From assembly GCA_965661455.1 (NCBI GenBank), contig CBFIDV010000013.1:2413-66412 (forward strand): a stretch of 64,000 nucleotides of DNA, read 5' to 3'. Origin of the DNA: Roseivirga sp. (GTDB lineage Bacteria > Bacteroidota > Bacteroidia > Cytophagales > Cyclobacteriaceae). Below are positions 18,200 through 27,165 of this stretch, in pieces (the stretch's first letter is position 1; every line of letters begins with the position of its first letter). The notes below the pieces were generated by a model. The model was not told the DNA's origin. It did not search any database and saw only the letters and a list, made by a program, of their open reading frames with translations. A program made the translations under genes and the position numbers.

Positions 18200-18985
18200 A
18201 TGAAACGTATACTTTTCCTCCCAACCTTAACCCTCTTGTGCTTAACCCTTCTTGGTGCTTGCACAAGCAATGAGAAAGCGACCGATGAATGGGTCGACCT
18301 GTTTAATGGCCAAAACCTAGAGGGGTGGGTGCCTAAAATAACGGGATACCCCACTGGCGAAAATTATGGTAATACATTTCGTGTGGAAGACGGTTTATTA
18401 ACAGTCTCTTACGACCAATACTACCGATTCGACAACAGATTTGGCCATTTGTTTTATGAGAAGCCTTTCAAGAATTATCATCTCAAAATTGAGTACAGGT
18501 TTATTGGCGAGCAAGTAGAGGGTGGTGCGCTTTGGGCACTCAAGAACAGCGGGGTAATGCTTCACTCACAAGACCCGTATACCATGCTAGAACAGCAGGA
18601 TTTCCCTATTTCCCTGGAAGCACAATTTCTAGGCGGTACAGGAGATGGCCCTAGACCTACAGGCAATCTTTGCACACCCGGAACACACGTGAACATAAAT
18701 GGAGAATTGGTTGTAACGCATTGTATTAATGCAGCAGCTAAAACTTACGAGGGAGAGCAGTGGGTAACAATTGAAATCATTTCAAAAGAAGGGGTTATCT
18801 CACACATTCTAGAAGACGAAACCGTGATTCAATATTACGACCCGGTAATTGGCGGTGGAATAGTTCAGAATTTTGACCCTGCAGTAAAACTAGATGGCCA
18901 AGAGCTCAACAGTGGTTTTATTGCCTTACAAAGTGAAAGCCATCCGATTCAATTCAGAAAGGTTCAGATCAAAGAATTAGATTAA
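18200..18985 (+). CDS. DUF1080 (3-keto-disaccharide hydrolase, PF06439-like) lipoprotein
   Basis: Start moved to ATG 18200 (MKRILFLPTLTLLCLTLLGAC lipobox). It has WVDLFNGQNLEGW, FRVEDGLL and a terminal IQFRKVQIKEL. Confidence 0.8.
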   Translation: MKRILFLPTLTLLCLTLLGACTSNEKATDEWVDLFNGQNLEGWVPKITGYPTGENYGNTFRVEDGLLTVSYDQYYRFDNRFGHLFYEKPFKNYHLKIEYRFIGEQVEGGALWALKNSGVMLHSQDPYTMLEQQDFPISLEAQFLGGTGDGPRPTGNLCTPGTHVNINGELVVTHCINAAAKTYEGEQWVTIEIISKEGVISHILEDETVIQYYDPVIGGGIVQNFDPAVKLDGQELNSGFIALQSESHPIQFRKVQIKELD

Positions 18986-19011
18986 TTTTTAAACGAATAA
19001 CTATCAATTAG

Positions 19012-20271
19012 ATGAATTCAAATTCAGGAATAACCGCACGACTAAGTGTTATGATGTTCCTCCAATTTTTTATTTGGGGAGGATGGTTTGTTACGCTAGG
19101 GACCTACTTGGACAAAACACTCAATGCCTCTGGAGGCCAAATCGCTCAAGCTTTTTCAACACAGTCATGGGGAGCGATTATTGCACCTTTCATTATTGGT
19201 CTAATTGCCGACCGTTATTTCAATGCTGAACGTATACTTGGAGTACTACACTTGCTAGGTGCTGTATTAATGTATCTCATGGCCAATGCAGAAGACTTCT
19301 CTGCCTTTTACCTGTATGTTCTCGGTTATATGATTTTATATATGCCAACCTTAGCGCTAGTAAACTCTGTTGCTTTTAGAACCATGAAAGACCCTTCAAA
19401 AGACTTTCCAAAAATTCGAGTATGGGGAACCGTTGGCTGGATTATAGCGGGTATTACAATTGGCTCAATTTTTAAATGGGATTTACCAACGTCTATTTCC
19501 GAGGGCATGTTGAGAAACACTTTTATTATGACTTCAATAGCTTCTGTTCTTTTAGGAGTTTTTAGTTTCACGCTTCCCAAAACACCACCAGTGGTAAGTA
19601 GCGGAGAAAAAACAAATATTAGTGACATTCTAGGACTAGATGCCTTAAAGCTTTTGACAGATAAAAACTTTGCAGTCTTCTTTTTCTCTTCTGTTTTAAT
19701 CTGTATCCCACTGGCTTTTTACTATCAAAATGCCAATCCATTTTTAACCGAAATTGAATTCTCTCTAAATATATTTCAACAGAAAATTGGTGCCACTGCC
19801 ATCATGACGTTAGGTCAGATTTCAGAGGCTCTCTTCATCTTATTATTACCAATATTCTTAACAAGATATGGTATTAAGAAAACACTTTTATTTGGCATGC
19901 TGGCTTGGGCATTAAGGTACTTGCTATTTGCATATGGCAACCCTGATCAAGGTGTTTGGATGTTAATACTTGGTATTGCCTTACATGGAATCTGCTACGA
20001 TTTCTTCTTTGTATCTGGCCAGATTTATACCGATTCAAAAGCTGGTGACAAGTATAAGAGTTCAGCCCAAGGCTTAATTACCCTAGCCACTTACGGTGTT
20101 GGAATGTTAATTGGTTTCTGGGCAGCAGGGCAAATTTACGACTTCTATGAAGCTGCTGGTAAACATGATTGGCAAAACATTTGGATTCTACCTGCCGCGT
20201 TCTCTGCAGTAGTATTCATCTTATTCGCCCTAACATTTAAGAACGAAAAAGTAGAATATAAGAACGACTAA
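19012..20271 (+). CDS. MFS transporter of the nucleoside:H+ symporter (NupG/XapB, PF03825-like) family
   Basis: 419 aa, about 12 TM. The N-terminus RLSVMMFLQFFIWGGWFVTLGTYL is like NupG (LSFLQFCLWGSWLTTLGSY). Confidence 0.75.
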   Translation: MNSNSGITARLSVMMFLQFFIWGGWFVTLGTYLDKTLNASGGQIAQAFSTQSWGAIIAPFIIGLIADRYFNAERILGVLHLLGAVLMYLMANAEDFSAFYLYVLGYMILYMPTLALVNSVAFRTMKDPSKDFPKIRVWGTVGWIIAGITIGSIFKWDLPTSISEGMLRNTFIMTSIASVLLGVFSFTLPKTPPVVSSGEKTNISDILGLDALKLLTDKNFAVFFFSSVLICIPLAFYYQNANPFLTEIEFSLNIFQQKIGATAIMTLGQISEALFILLLPIFLTRYGIKKTLLFGMLAWALRYLLFAYGNPDQGVWMLILGIALHGICYDFFFVSGQIYTDSKAGDKYKSSAQGLITLATYGVGMLIGFWAAGQIYDFYEAAGKHDWQNIWILPAAFSAVVFILFALTFKNEKVEYKND

Positions 20272-20276
20272 AACCT

Positions 20277-21419
20277 ATGTTACAGAGAAAGATAAGAATG
20301 GGAATGATTGGTGGAGGACTGAGTTCTTTCATCGGTATTGTACATAGAATCGCCTCCTACACGGGAGAGCAATACAAATTGGTTGGAGGTGCTTTCGATA
20401 CAGACTACGACCGTGCCTTGGAATTTGCTAATCAGTTAGAATTAGACCCATCAAGAACTTATCCCAATATTGATATCTTCATTGAGAAGGAACTTGCCTT
20501 ACCAGAAGATGAGCGCATTGAGGCTGTAGTTGTGGTTACACCAAACTTCTTGCACTACCCAATGGCCAAGCAGTTAATTCAAGCGGGGTTCAATGTTATT
20601 TGCGAAAAGCCTGTGACGAACACAGCAGCAGAAGCGGTTGAATTAGAGGAATTAGTAAATAAGCACAATGTAGTATTCGCACTGACCCATACCTACACGG
20701 GTTACCCAATGGTTAGGCAAATGAAGTCTATGATTGCCGATGGGGTAATTGGGAAAGTACATAAAGTAGATGCTCAGTATTATCAAGGTTGGATCAACCC
20801 AGTAATTCATGACCCTGAAAAGCGAAAAGGAGTTTGGCGTTTAGACCCTGCTAAAGCAGGCCAAAGCTGCTGTATGGGTGATATTGGCGTACATGCTTTC
20901 AATATGGTGGAATACACCACAGGTTTAAAAACCGAAAAAGTATTAGCCGACATCAATACATTATATGAAGACAATCCTCTGGATATTGACGGCACAGCAT
21001 TACTCAGGCTAGATAATGACATCCGAGGAATTGTAAGAGCTAGCCAAATTGCTACAGCCGAAGAGAATAGCCTGGCTATTGCCGTTTATGGCGATAAAGG
21101 TGGCTTACGTTGGGAACAAGAAAACCCTAACTATCTCTATTATCTTCCAGAAGGAGGTGTAGCGCAAACGCTGAAACCTGGCCATGAATACAATAGTGAA
21201 TTTGCTAAGATCAGTACCAAGATGGCTCCTGGTCACCCAGAAGGTATATTCGACTCAATGGCCAACTTATACTTAGGTGCAGCTAAAGCCATCCGTGGAG
21301 AAGAGTATATGGATGGCGCGTTCCCAGACATTAGAGATGGTGTGAGAGGAATGAAATTTATTGAAGCCGTATTAGCTTCTGCTAAAGACGGTAATGTTTG
21401 GACAGAAATAGTAGACTAA
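20277..21419 (+). CDS. Gfo/Idh/MocA family oxidoreductase
   Basis: 380 aa with a Rossmann N-terminus IRMGMIGGG and the EKP motif (VICEKPV). Confidence 0.9.
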   Translation: MLQRKIRMGMIGGGLSSFIGIVHRIASYTGEQYKLVGGAFDTDYDRALEFANQLELDPSRTYPNIDIFIEKELALPEDERIEAVVVVTPNFLHYPMAKQLIQAGFNVICEKPVTNTAAEAVELEELVNKHNVVFALTHTYTGYPMVRQMKSMIADGVIGKVHKVDAQYYQGWINPVIHDPEKRKGVWRLDPAKAGQSCCMGDIGVHAFNMVEYTTGLKTEKVLADINTLYEDNPLDIDGTALLRLDNDIRGIVRASQIATAEENSLAIAVYGDKGGLRWEQENPNYLYYLPEGGVAQTLKPGHEYNSEFAKISTKMAPGHPEGIFDSMANLYLGAAKAIRGEEYMDGAFPDIRDGVRGMKFIEAVLASAKDGNVWTEIVD

Positions 21420-21420
21420 G

Positions 21421-22470
21421 ATGAATACAATTAAAGGACCAGCCATCTTCTTGGCCCAATTTGCAGACGATGAGGCTCCATTCAACTCCTTAGATAATAT
21501 CGCCAAATGGGCGGCCGACTTAGGTTATAAGGCTGTGCAGATCCCCACTTGGGATGCAAGATTATTCGACCTTGAAAAAGCTGCAGAAAGCAAGACTTAC
21601 TGTGATGAAATAAAAGGAACATTAGCTGATCACGGATTAGAGGTGAGCGAACTATCAACGCATTTACAAGGTCAATTAGTAGCGGTACACCCTGCCTATG
21701 AAGAGCTCTTTAAAGGCTTTGCACCAAAAGGCATGAATGCCAAGCAAAGAAATGTATGGGCCATAGATCAAGTGAAAAAAGCGGCTGTTGCGTCCAGAAA
21801 CCTAGGAATAGATGTACACGCCACTTTCTCTGGCGCCTTGGTTTGGCCATATTTTTACAATTGGCCTCAAAGACCTGCTGGACTAATCGAAAAAGGCTTC
21901 AAAGAATTAGCGGACCGCTGGACTCCCCTCTTGAATCATTTTGATGAACAAGGGGTAGATGTTTGTTATGAGGTACATGCTGGCGAGGATCTTCACGATG
22001 GCACTACCTTCGAAATGTTCTATGAGGCTACTGGTAAGCACAACAGAGTCAAATTACTATATGATCCATCTCACTTTGTTTTACAGCAGTTGGACTACTT
22101 GGCCTATATTGATCACTACCACGAGTTCTTTGGGATGTTCCATGTTAAAGATGCTGAATACAACCCGAATGGGAAATCTGGTGTTTATGGCGGTTACCAA
22201 GATTGGATTGACAGACCTGGACGTTTCCGTTCCATTGGAGACGGCCAAGTAGATTTTCAAGGGATCTTTTCCAAAATGACTCAATATGGTTATGATGGAT
22301 GGGCCGTTTTAGAATGGGAATGCTGCATTAAATCACCAGAACAAGGTGCCATTGAAGGGGCCCAGTATATCGATCAGTTTATCATTGAGGCTACTAAAAA
22401 GAACTTCGATGATTTTGCAGACGCTGGTATAAGCGATGATGAATTCAAAAAACTTTTAGGAATAGATTAG
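21421..22470 (+). CDS. sugar phosphate isomerase/epimerase (xylose isomerase-like TIM barrel)
   Basis: 349 aa. The start is 1 nt after the upstream stop. CYEVHAGEDL, LLYDPSHF, HVKDA and LEWE are typical of the AP_endonuc_2/xylose-isomerase-like fold. Confidence 0.85.
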   Translation: MNTIKGPAIFLAQFADDEAPFNSLDNIAKWAADLGYKAVQIPTWDARLFDLEKAAESKTYCDEIKGTLADHGLEVSELSTHLQGQLVAVHPAYEELFKGFAPKGMNAKQRNVWAIDQVKKAAVASRNLGIDVHATFSGALVWPYFYNWPQRPAGLIEKGFKELADRWTPLLNHFDEQGVDVCYEVHAGEDLHDGTTFEMFYEATGKHNRVKLLYDPSHFVLQQLDYLAYIDHYHEFFGMFHVKDAEYNPNGKSGVYGGYQDWIDRPGRFRSIGDGQVDFQGIFSKMTQYGYDGWAVLEWECCIKSPEQGAIEGAQYIDQFIIEATKKNFDDFADAGISDDEFKKLLGID

Positions 22471-22471
22471 C

Positions 22472-23203
22472 ATGAAGAAACTTATTTTAAGCGTGACGCT
22501 CCTTTTTTTAGGAGCCTCACTATTTGCTCAAATAAAAGATCCTAAAGCCACGGAAGTTTGGGATCCGGTACCTAGAAAGGTAACCCCAGGTAAAAACGGA
22601 GGTGCCCCCTCCGATGCCATTGTACTCTTTGATGGAACAGATCTGAATGAATGGAAATCGAGAAAAGACGGTTCCGCTGCTAAATGGAAAATCGAGAATG
22701 ATTATTTGGAAGTGGTGCGAGGAACCGGAGACATAATGACTAACCGGAAATTCGGAGATGTACAGCTACACATCGAGTGGAGCTCCCCTACCGAAATTGT
22801 AGGTGAGGGCCAAGGCCGAGGTAATTCTGGTGTTTTTCTTCAAGAAAAATATGAAGTGCAAGTACTAGATAGTTACGTTTCTAGAACGTATTCCAATGGA
22901 CAAGCCGCTTCGCTTTACAAGCAATCTATTCCATTGGCAAATGCCACGGTTGCACCCGGTGAATGGAATGTTTATGACATTATCTTTCATGCGCCAGAAT
23001 TTAACGAAGACGGCATAAAAGTGACAGATGGCTATGTAACGGTGATCCATAACGGCATTGTAGTTCAAAACCATCAAAGATTATTAGGAACAACAGAGAA
23101 TATCGGTTTCCCTAAAAACCCAGCCCATGGTGACGGAAGCATCATTCTTCAAGACCATGGAAATCCCGTGAGATTCAGAAATATTTGGATAAGAGAACTT
23201 TAA
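22472..23203 (+). CDS. DUF1080 (3-keto-disaccharide hydrolase, PF06439-like) secreted protein
   Basis: 243 aa with a signal peptide, LFDGTDLNEWK, NSGVFLQEKYEVQVLDS and VRFRNIWIREL. Confidence 0.85.
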   Translation: MKKLILSVTLLFLGASLFAQIKDPKATEVWDPVPRKVTPGKNGGAPSDAIVLFDGTDLNEWKSRKDGSAAKWKIENDYLEVVRGTGDIMTNRKFGDVQLHIEWSSPTEIVGEGQGRGNSGVFLQEKYEVQVLDSYVSRTYSNGQAASLYKQSIPLANATVAPGEWNVYDIIFHAPEFNEDGIKVTDGYVTVIHNGIVVQNHQRLLGTTENIGFPKNPAHGDGSIILQDHGNPVRFRNIWIREL

Positions 23204-24272
23204 ATAAGAAAGTTAAATGGAGCTCCATTCGAAAGATTGGAGCTAATTCTATGTAAGTATTTGGAATAATAATCCATACAATCGTACCAACGATAAAGAA
23301 GACCAGCACACCATTCATTACCGCATTGAACTTAGGAAGGAGTCTTTTCGTCTCGAAAAAGCTTTGCATAAATGCGAGCAATGAAAGCACTGCTATCTGA
23401 GAACAGAAAGGCAGGAAGTGCCTGTTTAACTCAGGGTTGTTTGGAATAAGATACTTATATGAGAACCCCTGCCAAGTAAATAACTATAATCCATAACAAG
23501 CAACGCTGAGCGCAAACCATAGAAATACTGGCTGTCTTAGACCCAAGCCAATTACTATAGCTGCTAGTACTATCAGAATTATGAAAACATAGTATACGCT
23601 CAAGTAGGTCCGTTCCTTCTCGCTCTGATCGTTGAATGATTCAATCGTCATTAAAGTCAGAGGAAAGCGAATAGCCGATTTGCGTTTGTCTGCATTCAAC
23701 AAGAATGTCTTTACCTCTCCCTTCTCTAATGAAATGGGAAAATCAAAATTTCTATTTGAAATGGGCCTTTTCTCAAAAACGTATTGATCTCATGTTTCAA
23801 AGAGAAGTGAGGCTTCCATTTAATCAACTAAGGCTAATTGTAAATAATCAAGCTGAGGGTAAGCCAAGTCGAGCATAAACTCTGTTTCGCTCGAATTATT
23901 CTTGAAAGTGAAAGCTAACCAGTAGGCTACATCTGAATTAGTCATTCCTGGATTGCCTTCATAGGGCACACTCTTCATCTTACCAGACCTAATTCTATCT
24001 AACGCTAATTGAGGAGATATTGTATCAAGTTCACTATAGACTTGAACATATTCATTCACATTATAACTAGAGGCGTAATTTGTTAATTCTTGAACGTTTT
24101 GGGAGCTTACAATAGACTGTTGTCCTATCAAAGAGCTTTGACAGGCGATAAGGGTGAAACAAAGAAGGAGTAGCGCCTTCAACGTGTAGTAGCAGTTTGG
24201 TGGAGAACTACAAAGATGTAAAAACTCCCTATAACCTAAAAGTATGTTTCTACATATATAGTTGCCAGGCAA
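23175..24272 (-). pseudogene. truncated, nonsense-interrupted 7TMR-DISM-type receptor remnant
   Basis: One reading frame (probable TTG start at 24182, (M)KALLLLCFTLIACQ) is interrupted by TAA (23820-23822), TGA (23790-23792) and TAG (23484-23486). It has a DISMED2-like extracellular part (VAYWLAFTFKNNS..., RPISNRNFDFPISLEKGEVKTFLL), then only about 4 TM helices and no output domain. The tail overlaps the end of the DUF1080 gene. Confidence 0.6.
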
Positions 24273-24297
24273 ATAAAAAGCCCCTTTCGGGGCTTTT
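24271..24297 (-). terminator. rho-independent terminator (GMC oxidoreductase operon)
   Basis: AAAGCCCC-tttc-GGGGCTTT with A/T runs on both sides. Confidence 0.7.
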
Positions 24298-24314
24298 CGT
24301 TCGATTTATAATGA

Positions 24315-24938
24315 TCACACACTCGACCAGGCCATTTGACCTTTCTCGTATGGTATACATCCTTCGTATTTGACAGGAATAGGATCGTATCTCATTACTG
24401 TCTCTCCTACCAACTCTGAAGTATAGTAACTCCTTTTGGTAGCATCTGTGATATTATTGATAAAGAACACCTCCAATACAGCATCTGGTTTCTCTCCATC
24501 AGCTTGCATCGTTTTCCACATTTCACCCATCTTATCAGGATTCTTATCCAATTCCTTAAACATGGCGTTGATGTAATCCGTCAACTGCTCTGTAATAGCT
24601 TTGTCAAAAGATACGTCTTGGGTGTTATTGAAGTTCTTTACAAATGCAGCCATGCCCTTTCTGATATGACCAGATTCTTCCGCTTCTGTCAAGACTTTTA
24701 GCGTCTCATCAATATGAGATGGCACCCCTGCATCAATTGCACCGGGCATATCATCTTTTGGGATAATTGCCTCACATACTTTCTCTAATTGAGCAGCTTC
24801 TTCTGGAGTTAAGAAAACAGGAATCCAATTCACAGTTGGAGCAGAAGAACAGCTTTGAAGTGTTCCTAAAAACAAGCTCGATGTAAATAAAGCGGCAGAA
24901 CCTAGTCCAATACTTTTAACAGCGTCTCTTCTTTCCAT
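24315..24938 (-). CDS. gluconate 2-dehydrogenase subunit 3-like protein (Tat signal)
   Basis: 207 aa with a twin-arginine leader MERRDAVKSIGLGSAALF. The start is 1 nt after the GMC gene stop. Confidence 0.75.
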   Translation of the reverse strand: MERRDAVKSIGLGSAALFTSSLFLGTLQSCSSAPTVNWIPVFLTPEEAAQLEKVCEAIIPKDDMPGAIDAGVPSHIDETLKVLTEAEESGHIRKGMAAFVKNFNNTQDVSFDKAITEQLTDYINAMFKELDKNPDKMGEMWKTMQADGEKPDAVLEVFFINNITDATKRSYYTSELVGETVMRYDPIPVKYEGCIPYEKGQMAWSSV

Positions 24939-24939
24939 C

Positions 24940-26670
24940 TTATAAATTATTGTTTTTTAATTGATTGGCAGCATAATTAGCAGCTCTTGCTGAGAATGCC
25001 ATGTAACCTAATGATGGGTTATGGCAGGCAGCTGAAGTCATAAAAGCTCCATCAGTGACAAAAACGTTTTTACAAGCATGTACTTGGTTCCATTTATTGA
25101 GAACAGACGTTTTTGGATCTCTACCCATTCGAGCCGTACCCATTTCGTGAATTCCTAGCCCCATATGAGGGCCATTGTCATAAGTGCCAACATTTTTGAA
25201 ACCTGCCGCTTCTAACATTTCAGCACCAGCAGAGGCCATGTCTTTACGCATCTCATATTCATTATCATGGAAATTACCAGCATCAAATCTAATTTGAGGT
25301 AATCCCCACTTGTCTAGATTCTCATTATCTAAGTACATGTAGTTTTTGTGTTGAGGCAGTACCTCTCCAAATCCTCCAATACTCATAGACCAAGATCCTG
25401 GTTCCATTGCTTCTTTCTTAGCTTTTAGACCTACTCTATCTTCTAAGGCAAGGTTTCTTCCCCAGCCTTGTCTGCTGGCACCACCTTGGTATCCATAACC
25501 TCTAATGAAGTTGTCCATGTTAGAGCTACCGCCTAGGTTTCTGAATCTTGGAACATAAACGCCATTCGCTCTTCGGCCCTTATAATATTTATCTTCATAT
25601 CCGTCAACCTGAGCATATGCACCTACTCCTAAATGATGGTCCATAATATTATGTCCTAGCTCTCCTGAGTCATTACCCAAACCATTAGGGAATCTGGCAG
25701 ATTTAGACTGCATTAAGATTCCTGCAGAAGCAATAGCAGATGCACATAAGAATACTACTTTGGCGTAATACTCTTTGGTTTCAAACGTATTCTGATCAAT
25801 AGCACGTACTCCAGTAGCCTTACCTGTGCTGTCGTCATACATAATTTCATGAACAACAGCATCTGTTTGTATGGTTAGGTTTCCAGTGGCTATACCTGCT
25901 GGTAGCGTTGAAGACAGACTTGAGAAATAACCGCCATAAGGACAGCCTCTCATACATCTGTTTCTCATCAAACATTGATTTCTGGCTCCAGGATTCTCGT
26001 GAGAAAGTGGTGCCGTGAGGTGAGCTGTTCTACCAATAGTAACCCATCGGTTATCCCATTTACTCTCTACCTTTTTTCTAAAGTCCTGCTCAACGCAGTT
26101 CATATCCATTGGAGGCAAAAACTGACCATCAGGTAGTTGCTTAAAGCCTCTATTCTCTCCGCTTACTCCAATGTACTTTTCAACTTTGTCGTACCACGGT
26201 TTAATGTCTTTATATCTGACTGGCCAGTCTACTGCAATACCATCTTTCAGGTTAGCTTCAAAATCAATATCACTTAAACGATAAGACTGTCGACCCCAAG
26301 TAATTGATCTCCCTCCCAAGTGATAGCCTCTCATCCAATCGAAGCGTGTATCTTCTTGATAAGGGTGCTCACTGTCTTTTACGAAGAAGTGTCTGTGGGC
26401 TTCGGCTGTTGTGTAACCGGTTCTATTTTGTTTTGGGTAGTCTTTGTCAATTATTTCCTTAGGCGTTCGGCCTCTATTAGGAAGGTCCCAAGTATCCATG
26501 GTAGCAGTAGAGTAATCTTTGATATGCTCTACTTTTCGGCCACGCTCTAAAACAAGCGTTTTCATGCCGTTCTCACTGAGCTCTTTTGCAGCCCAGCCTC
26601 CACTAATACCCGAACCAACAACAATAGCATCATAGGTCTGCTCTTGCTTTGCTCGTAGGTTTAAGTTCAT
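24940..26670 (-). CDS. GMC family FAD-dependent oxidoreductase
   Basis: 576 aa with the FAD fingerprint YDAIVVGSGISGGWAAKEL and a C-terminal GTARMG...VTDGA. Confidence 0.9.
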   Translation of the reverse strand: MNLNLRAKQEQTYDAIVVGSGISGGWAAKELSENGMKTLVLERGRKVEHIKDYSTATMDTWDLPNRGRTPKEIIDKDYPKQNRTGYTTAEAHRHFFVKDSEHPYQEDTRFDWMRGYHLGGRSITWGRQSYRLSDIDFEANLKDGIAVDWPVRYKDIKPWYDKVEKYIGVSGENRGFKQLPDGQFLPPMDMNCVEQDFRKKVESKWDNRWVTIGRTAHLTAPLSHENPGARNQCLMRNRCMRGCPYGGYFSSLSSTLPAGIATGNLTIQTDAVVHEIMYDDSTGKATGVRAIDQNTFETKEYYAKVVFLCASAIASAGILMQSKSARFPNGLGNDSGELGHNIMDHHLGVGAYAQVDGYEDKYYKGRRANGVYVPRFRNLGGSSNMDNFIRGYGYQGGASRQGWGRNLALEDRVGLKAKKEAMEPGSWSMSIGGFGEVLPQHKNYMYLDNENLDKWGLPQIRFDAGNFHDNEYEMRKDMASAGAEMLEAAGFKNVGTYDNGPHMGLGIHEMGTARMGRDPKTSVLNKWNQVHACKNVFVTDGAFMTSAACHNPSLGYMAFSARAANYAANQLKNNNL

Positions 26671-26798
26671 TGAGATTTATTTTTTTGATTCTGTTAATCT
26701 TCCCAGCGCGTATTCTGGCTTAGAGGAGTAATATAAAGAGAATGAATCAAAAAAATAGGTCGGTTTTATGAGGATGTTAGAACCTTAAGGGGAAGGCA

Positions 26799-26826
26799 AC
26801 AAAAAACCCTGACGTGAGCCAGGGTT
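26799..26826 (-). terminator. rho-independent terminator (DUF2795 gene)
   Basis: Minus strand: AACCCTG-gctcacgt-CAGGGTT followed by TTTTTTG. Confidence 0.65.
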
Positions 26827-26832
26827 TAGTTC

Positions 26833-27054
26833 TTAATATTCATCTTCGTTGAAGAAGAAATCTTCTTTGGTCGGATAATCCGGCCAAATCTCTTCAATGT
26901 TTTCATACGGCTGACCGTCATCTTCTAGCTCTTGCAAGTTTTCTACTACTTCTAACGGAGCTCCTGATCTAATTGAGAAGTCAATAAGCTCATCCTTTGT
27001 TGCAGGCCAAGGTGCGTCTTCCAAATAAGATGCTAATTCTAAAGTCCAATACAT
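26833..27054 (-). CDS. DUF2795-like small protein
   Basis: 73 aa. YLEDAPWPATKDELIDFSIRSGAPLEVVENLQEL matches my memory of DUF2795. Confidence 0.7.
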   Translation of the reverse strand: MYWTLELASYLEDAPWPATKDELIDFSIRSGAPLEVVENLQELEDDGQPYENIEEIWPDYPTKEDFFFNEDEY

Positions 27055-27165
27055 CTCTCTTCTTATTTATTGCCGCAAAAGAATGTAATAAATTCTTAAA
27101 ATTCAAATGCTTACATCCATTTTATTGCGCTACTTTTTATGTTCTAAAATAATAGGCGTTGTGGT

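Noticed and set aside
23204-23240. Palindrome ATGGAGCTCCAT after the DUF1080 gene as a terminator
   Set aside because: Only a 4-bp stem remains once a loop is allowed, and there is no T-run. It is too weak to call.
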